Shown one piece after another: positions 1-650 of a stretch of 650 nt of DNA. Source of the stretch: Candidatus Hydrogenedens sp. (GTDB lineage: Bacteria > Hydrogenedentota > Hydrogenedentia > Hydrogenedentales > Hydrogenedentaceae); contig JBMFRC010000054.1 of assembly GCA_049968235.1 (NCBI GenBank), forward strand, positions 1 through 650, written 5' to 3'. Every line of letters begins with the position of its first letter. The stretch's first letter is position 1. The notes beneath the pieces were generated by a model that saw only the letters and a program-made list of their open reading frames with translations, was not told the origin of the DNA and made no database searches. A program made the translations under genes and the position numbers.

Positions 1-331
1 TATTTTTAATTGAAATTAAGCAAATAGAACATAATTCGGCTATTAAAATACTTGCATATAATTACTTTTTTTATATTGAAGTAATAGCATTAAGATAAAT
101 CAATGCTGCGGTGCAAAAATTTTTGTTCAACATTTTACTACCATCTTCAATAATATATTAATAGAGTTATATAAAGTATTCCTAGGTATTATTATTGTAA
201 TTATTTACTTGGACTGCATTTTAATAGTTTTACAGCATTATTTCATGATAATTTAAGAAGTATAATTGCTGTTGCCGTTTTTGTTATTCACTTTTTTTAA
301 TAACATAATAATGTTATTTAAATGCCAATAA

Positions 332-355
332 TTTTTTTTATTTTTTTTTTTTTTT
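332..355. repeat. Homopolymeric dA:dT tract: T8-A-T15 on the + strand (A15-T-A8 on the - strand), 24 nt
   Basis: Read directly: positions 332-339 are T, 340 is A, 341-355 are T. The local 301-355 segment is about 9% GC. It sits immediately upstream (+ strand) of the GC-rich island that starts at 356. Confidence 0.95.
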
Positions 356-470
356 GTGCACGGGCAAAGGAAGGTGGAATGCATTACGTACTACCGGGTT
401 CAACGGTACCCAGTTTCTGTCGGACTCCTAAATAAACAGTTTACCGACTAAACCACCTCCTAATTTGGCC
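356..470. other. GC-rich island of about 49% GC embedded in AT-rich DNA of 9-25% GC. Candidate retroposed or SINE-like element, or small structured ncRNA. Orientation and family unresolved.
   Basis: Hand count gives 56 G+C in 115 nt, against 18%, 25%, 24% and 9% in the preceding 100-nt blocks and 26% in 471-550. Read on the - strand the island ends in A15TA8, which resembles a retroposon poly(A) tail. It contains a long-range inverted repeat GGAAGGTGG (369-377) / CCACCTCC (453-460) and an inner inverted repeat GTCGG (419-423) / CCGAC (444-448). Four 6-bp palindromes fall within 55 nt. No ORF longer than 18 aa with an ATG lies inside it. There is no tRNA cloverleaf and no match to any snRNA, 5S or 7SL sequence I can recall. 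Confidence 0.3.
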
Positions 471-520
471 ACTAAATAAATGTTCGAGTTACATTCATTA
501 CACTGTACAACAAAATTAAA

Positions 521-536
521 TTTTTTGAAAAAAAAA
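521..536. repeat. Low-complexity homopolymer junction T6-G-A9
   Basis: Read directly: T at 521-526, G at 527, A at 528-536. On a + strand SINE model this could be the A-rich 3' tail (the tail region would be 511-536, caaaattaaattttttgaaaaaaaaa). Otherwise it is simple low-complexity sequence. Confidence 0.85.
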
Positions 537-631
537 CGGGTACTGACCTATATATTCTGAAAGAGGGTTAAAAAAGAAGTTATATGTGAATCGCCGTTTC
601 AAAAGTTTACATCGGGTTTCCTTTTTAGAGC

Positions 632-644
632 AGGTCAAAAGTCA
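632..644 (+). promoter_or_regulatory. DR1-like direct repeat of nuclear-receptor half-sites: AGGTCA-a-AAGTCA
   Basis: AGGTCA at 632-637, spacer a638, AAGTCA at 639-644. This matches 11 of 12 positions of the canonical DR1 element AGGTCA-n-AGGTCA. It is only meaningful if the genome is metazoan. There is no flanking context because the window ends at 650. Confidence 0.12.
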
Positions 645-650
645 CGCTAG

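Noticed and set aside
52-62. TTGCAT and TATAAT hexamers, and the perfect eukaryotic TATA consensus TATATAAA at 168-175
   Set aside because: The sigma70-like hexamers are adjacent (0-nt spacer instead of about 17). TATA-like octamers are expected many times by chance in DNA of 18-25% GC. There is no downstream transcript evidence.
80-253. 58-codon stop-free stretch in + strand frame 2
   Set aside because: There is no ATG until the last three codons, and no other usable start. The translation is I/L/F/Y-rich low-complexity sequence, typical of random AT-rich DNA. It could be an exon fragment, but nothing in the sequence supports that.
243-269. catgataat at 243-251 resembles the first 6 nt (CATGAT) of the Drosophila P-element terminal inverted repeat
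   Set aside because: The match ends after 6 nt (the P-element TIR continues GAAATAACATAAGGTGG). No inverted partner is present. It is chance.
299-355. AT-only hairpin AATAACAT-aata-ATGTTATT (299-318) followed by the T tract, as a candidate rho-independent terminator
   Set aside because: The stem has a single G:C pair, and 13 nt separate it from the T-run. Intrinsic terminators need a stable GC-rich stem immediately followed by the U-tract.
356-430. tRNA gene or tRNA-like fold suggested by the GGTTCAA B-box-like motif
   Set aside because: No 5-bp T-stem flanks TTCAACG (CCGGG versus GTACC are not complementary). No acceptor stem or anticodon arm could be drawn. At best this is a degenerate SINE remnant, and it is covered in the findings.
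322-435. Longest ATG-initiated ORF in the window (37 aa, + strand frame 1): MPIIFFIFFFFCARAKEGGMHYVLPGSTVPSFCRTPK*
   Set aside because: A third of it is Ile/Phe codons produced by reading through the T8-A-T15 homopolymer. There is no ribosome-binding or Kozak context, and it straddles a sharp compositional boundary. It is an artefact of the homopolymer.
449-462. aaccacctcctaa resembling the 3' end of 16S rRNA (GATCACCTCCTTA)
   Set aside because: Only the CACCTCCT core matches. The upstream sequence is unrelated to any 16S or 18S 3' domain, so this is not an rRNA fragment.
647-650. The window ends in CTAG, resembling a Helitron 3' terminus
   Set aside because: There is no GC-rich hairpin in the preceding 10-20 nt, and the window boundary is arbitrary.
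1-650. CRISPR array, tandem repeats or a multi-gene system such as defence or toxin-antitoxin
   Set aside because: There are no direct repeats of 20 nt or more and no repeat-spacer periodicity. The only tandem features are (ATT)3 at 188-196, A5T5 at 115-124 and homopolymers. With no credible CDS in the window there is nothing to assemble into a system.

Overview
This 650-bp window is AT-rich (about 28% GC overall) and I find no credible complete protein-coding gene on either strand. Every ATG-initiated ORF is 37 codons or fewer, and the longest ATG ORF is an artefact of a homopolymer run. There is no rRNA, no cloverleaf tRNA, no CRISPR array and no recognisable transposase or TIR/LTR structure. 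I read the window as non-coding, most likely intergenic or intronic DNA of an AT-rich genome. The eukaryotic character is inference from the 24-nt dA:dT tract and the absence of CDS. I cannot assign an organism.

The one clear structural anomaly is a sharp compositional discontinuity. A 24-nt T tract (T8-A-T15, 332-355) is followed immediately by an approximately 115-bp GC island (356-470, about 49% GC, against 9-25% in the preceding 355 bp). The island carries a cluster of 6-bp palindromes and nested inverted repeats. The best readings are a short retroposed or SINE-like element, or a small structured ncRNA. Read on the minus strand, the island ends in A15-T-A8, which looks like a poly(A) tail. 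I cannot name a family from sequence alone.

Secondary observations are homopolymer junctions (T6-G-A9 at 521-536), a DR1-like AGGTCA direct repeat at the right edge, and two open frames that run off the left and right edges of the window and may be gene ends or starts.

I see nothing that supports a multi-gene system such as defence, secretion or biosynthesis in this window. Every functional interpretation below is a low-confidence hypothesis.
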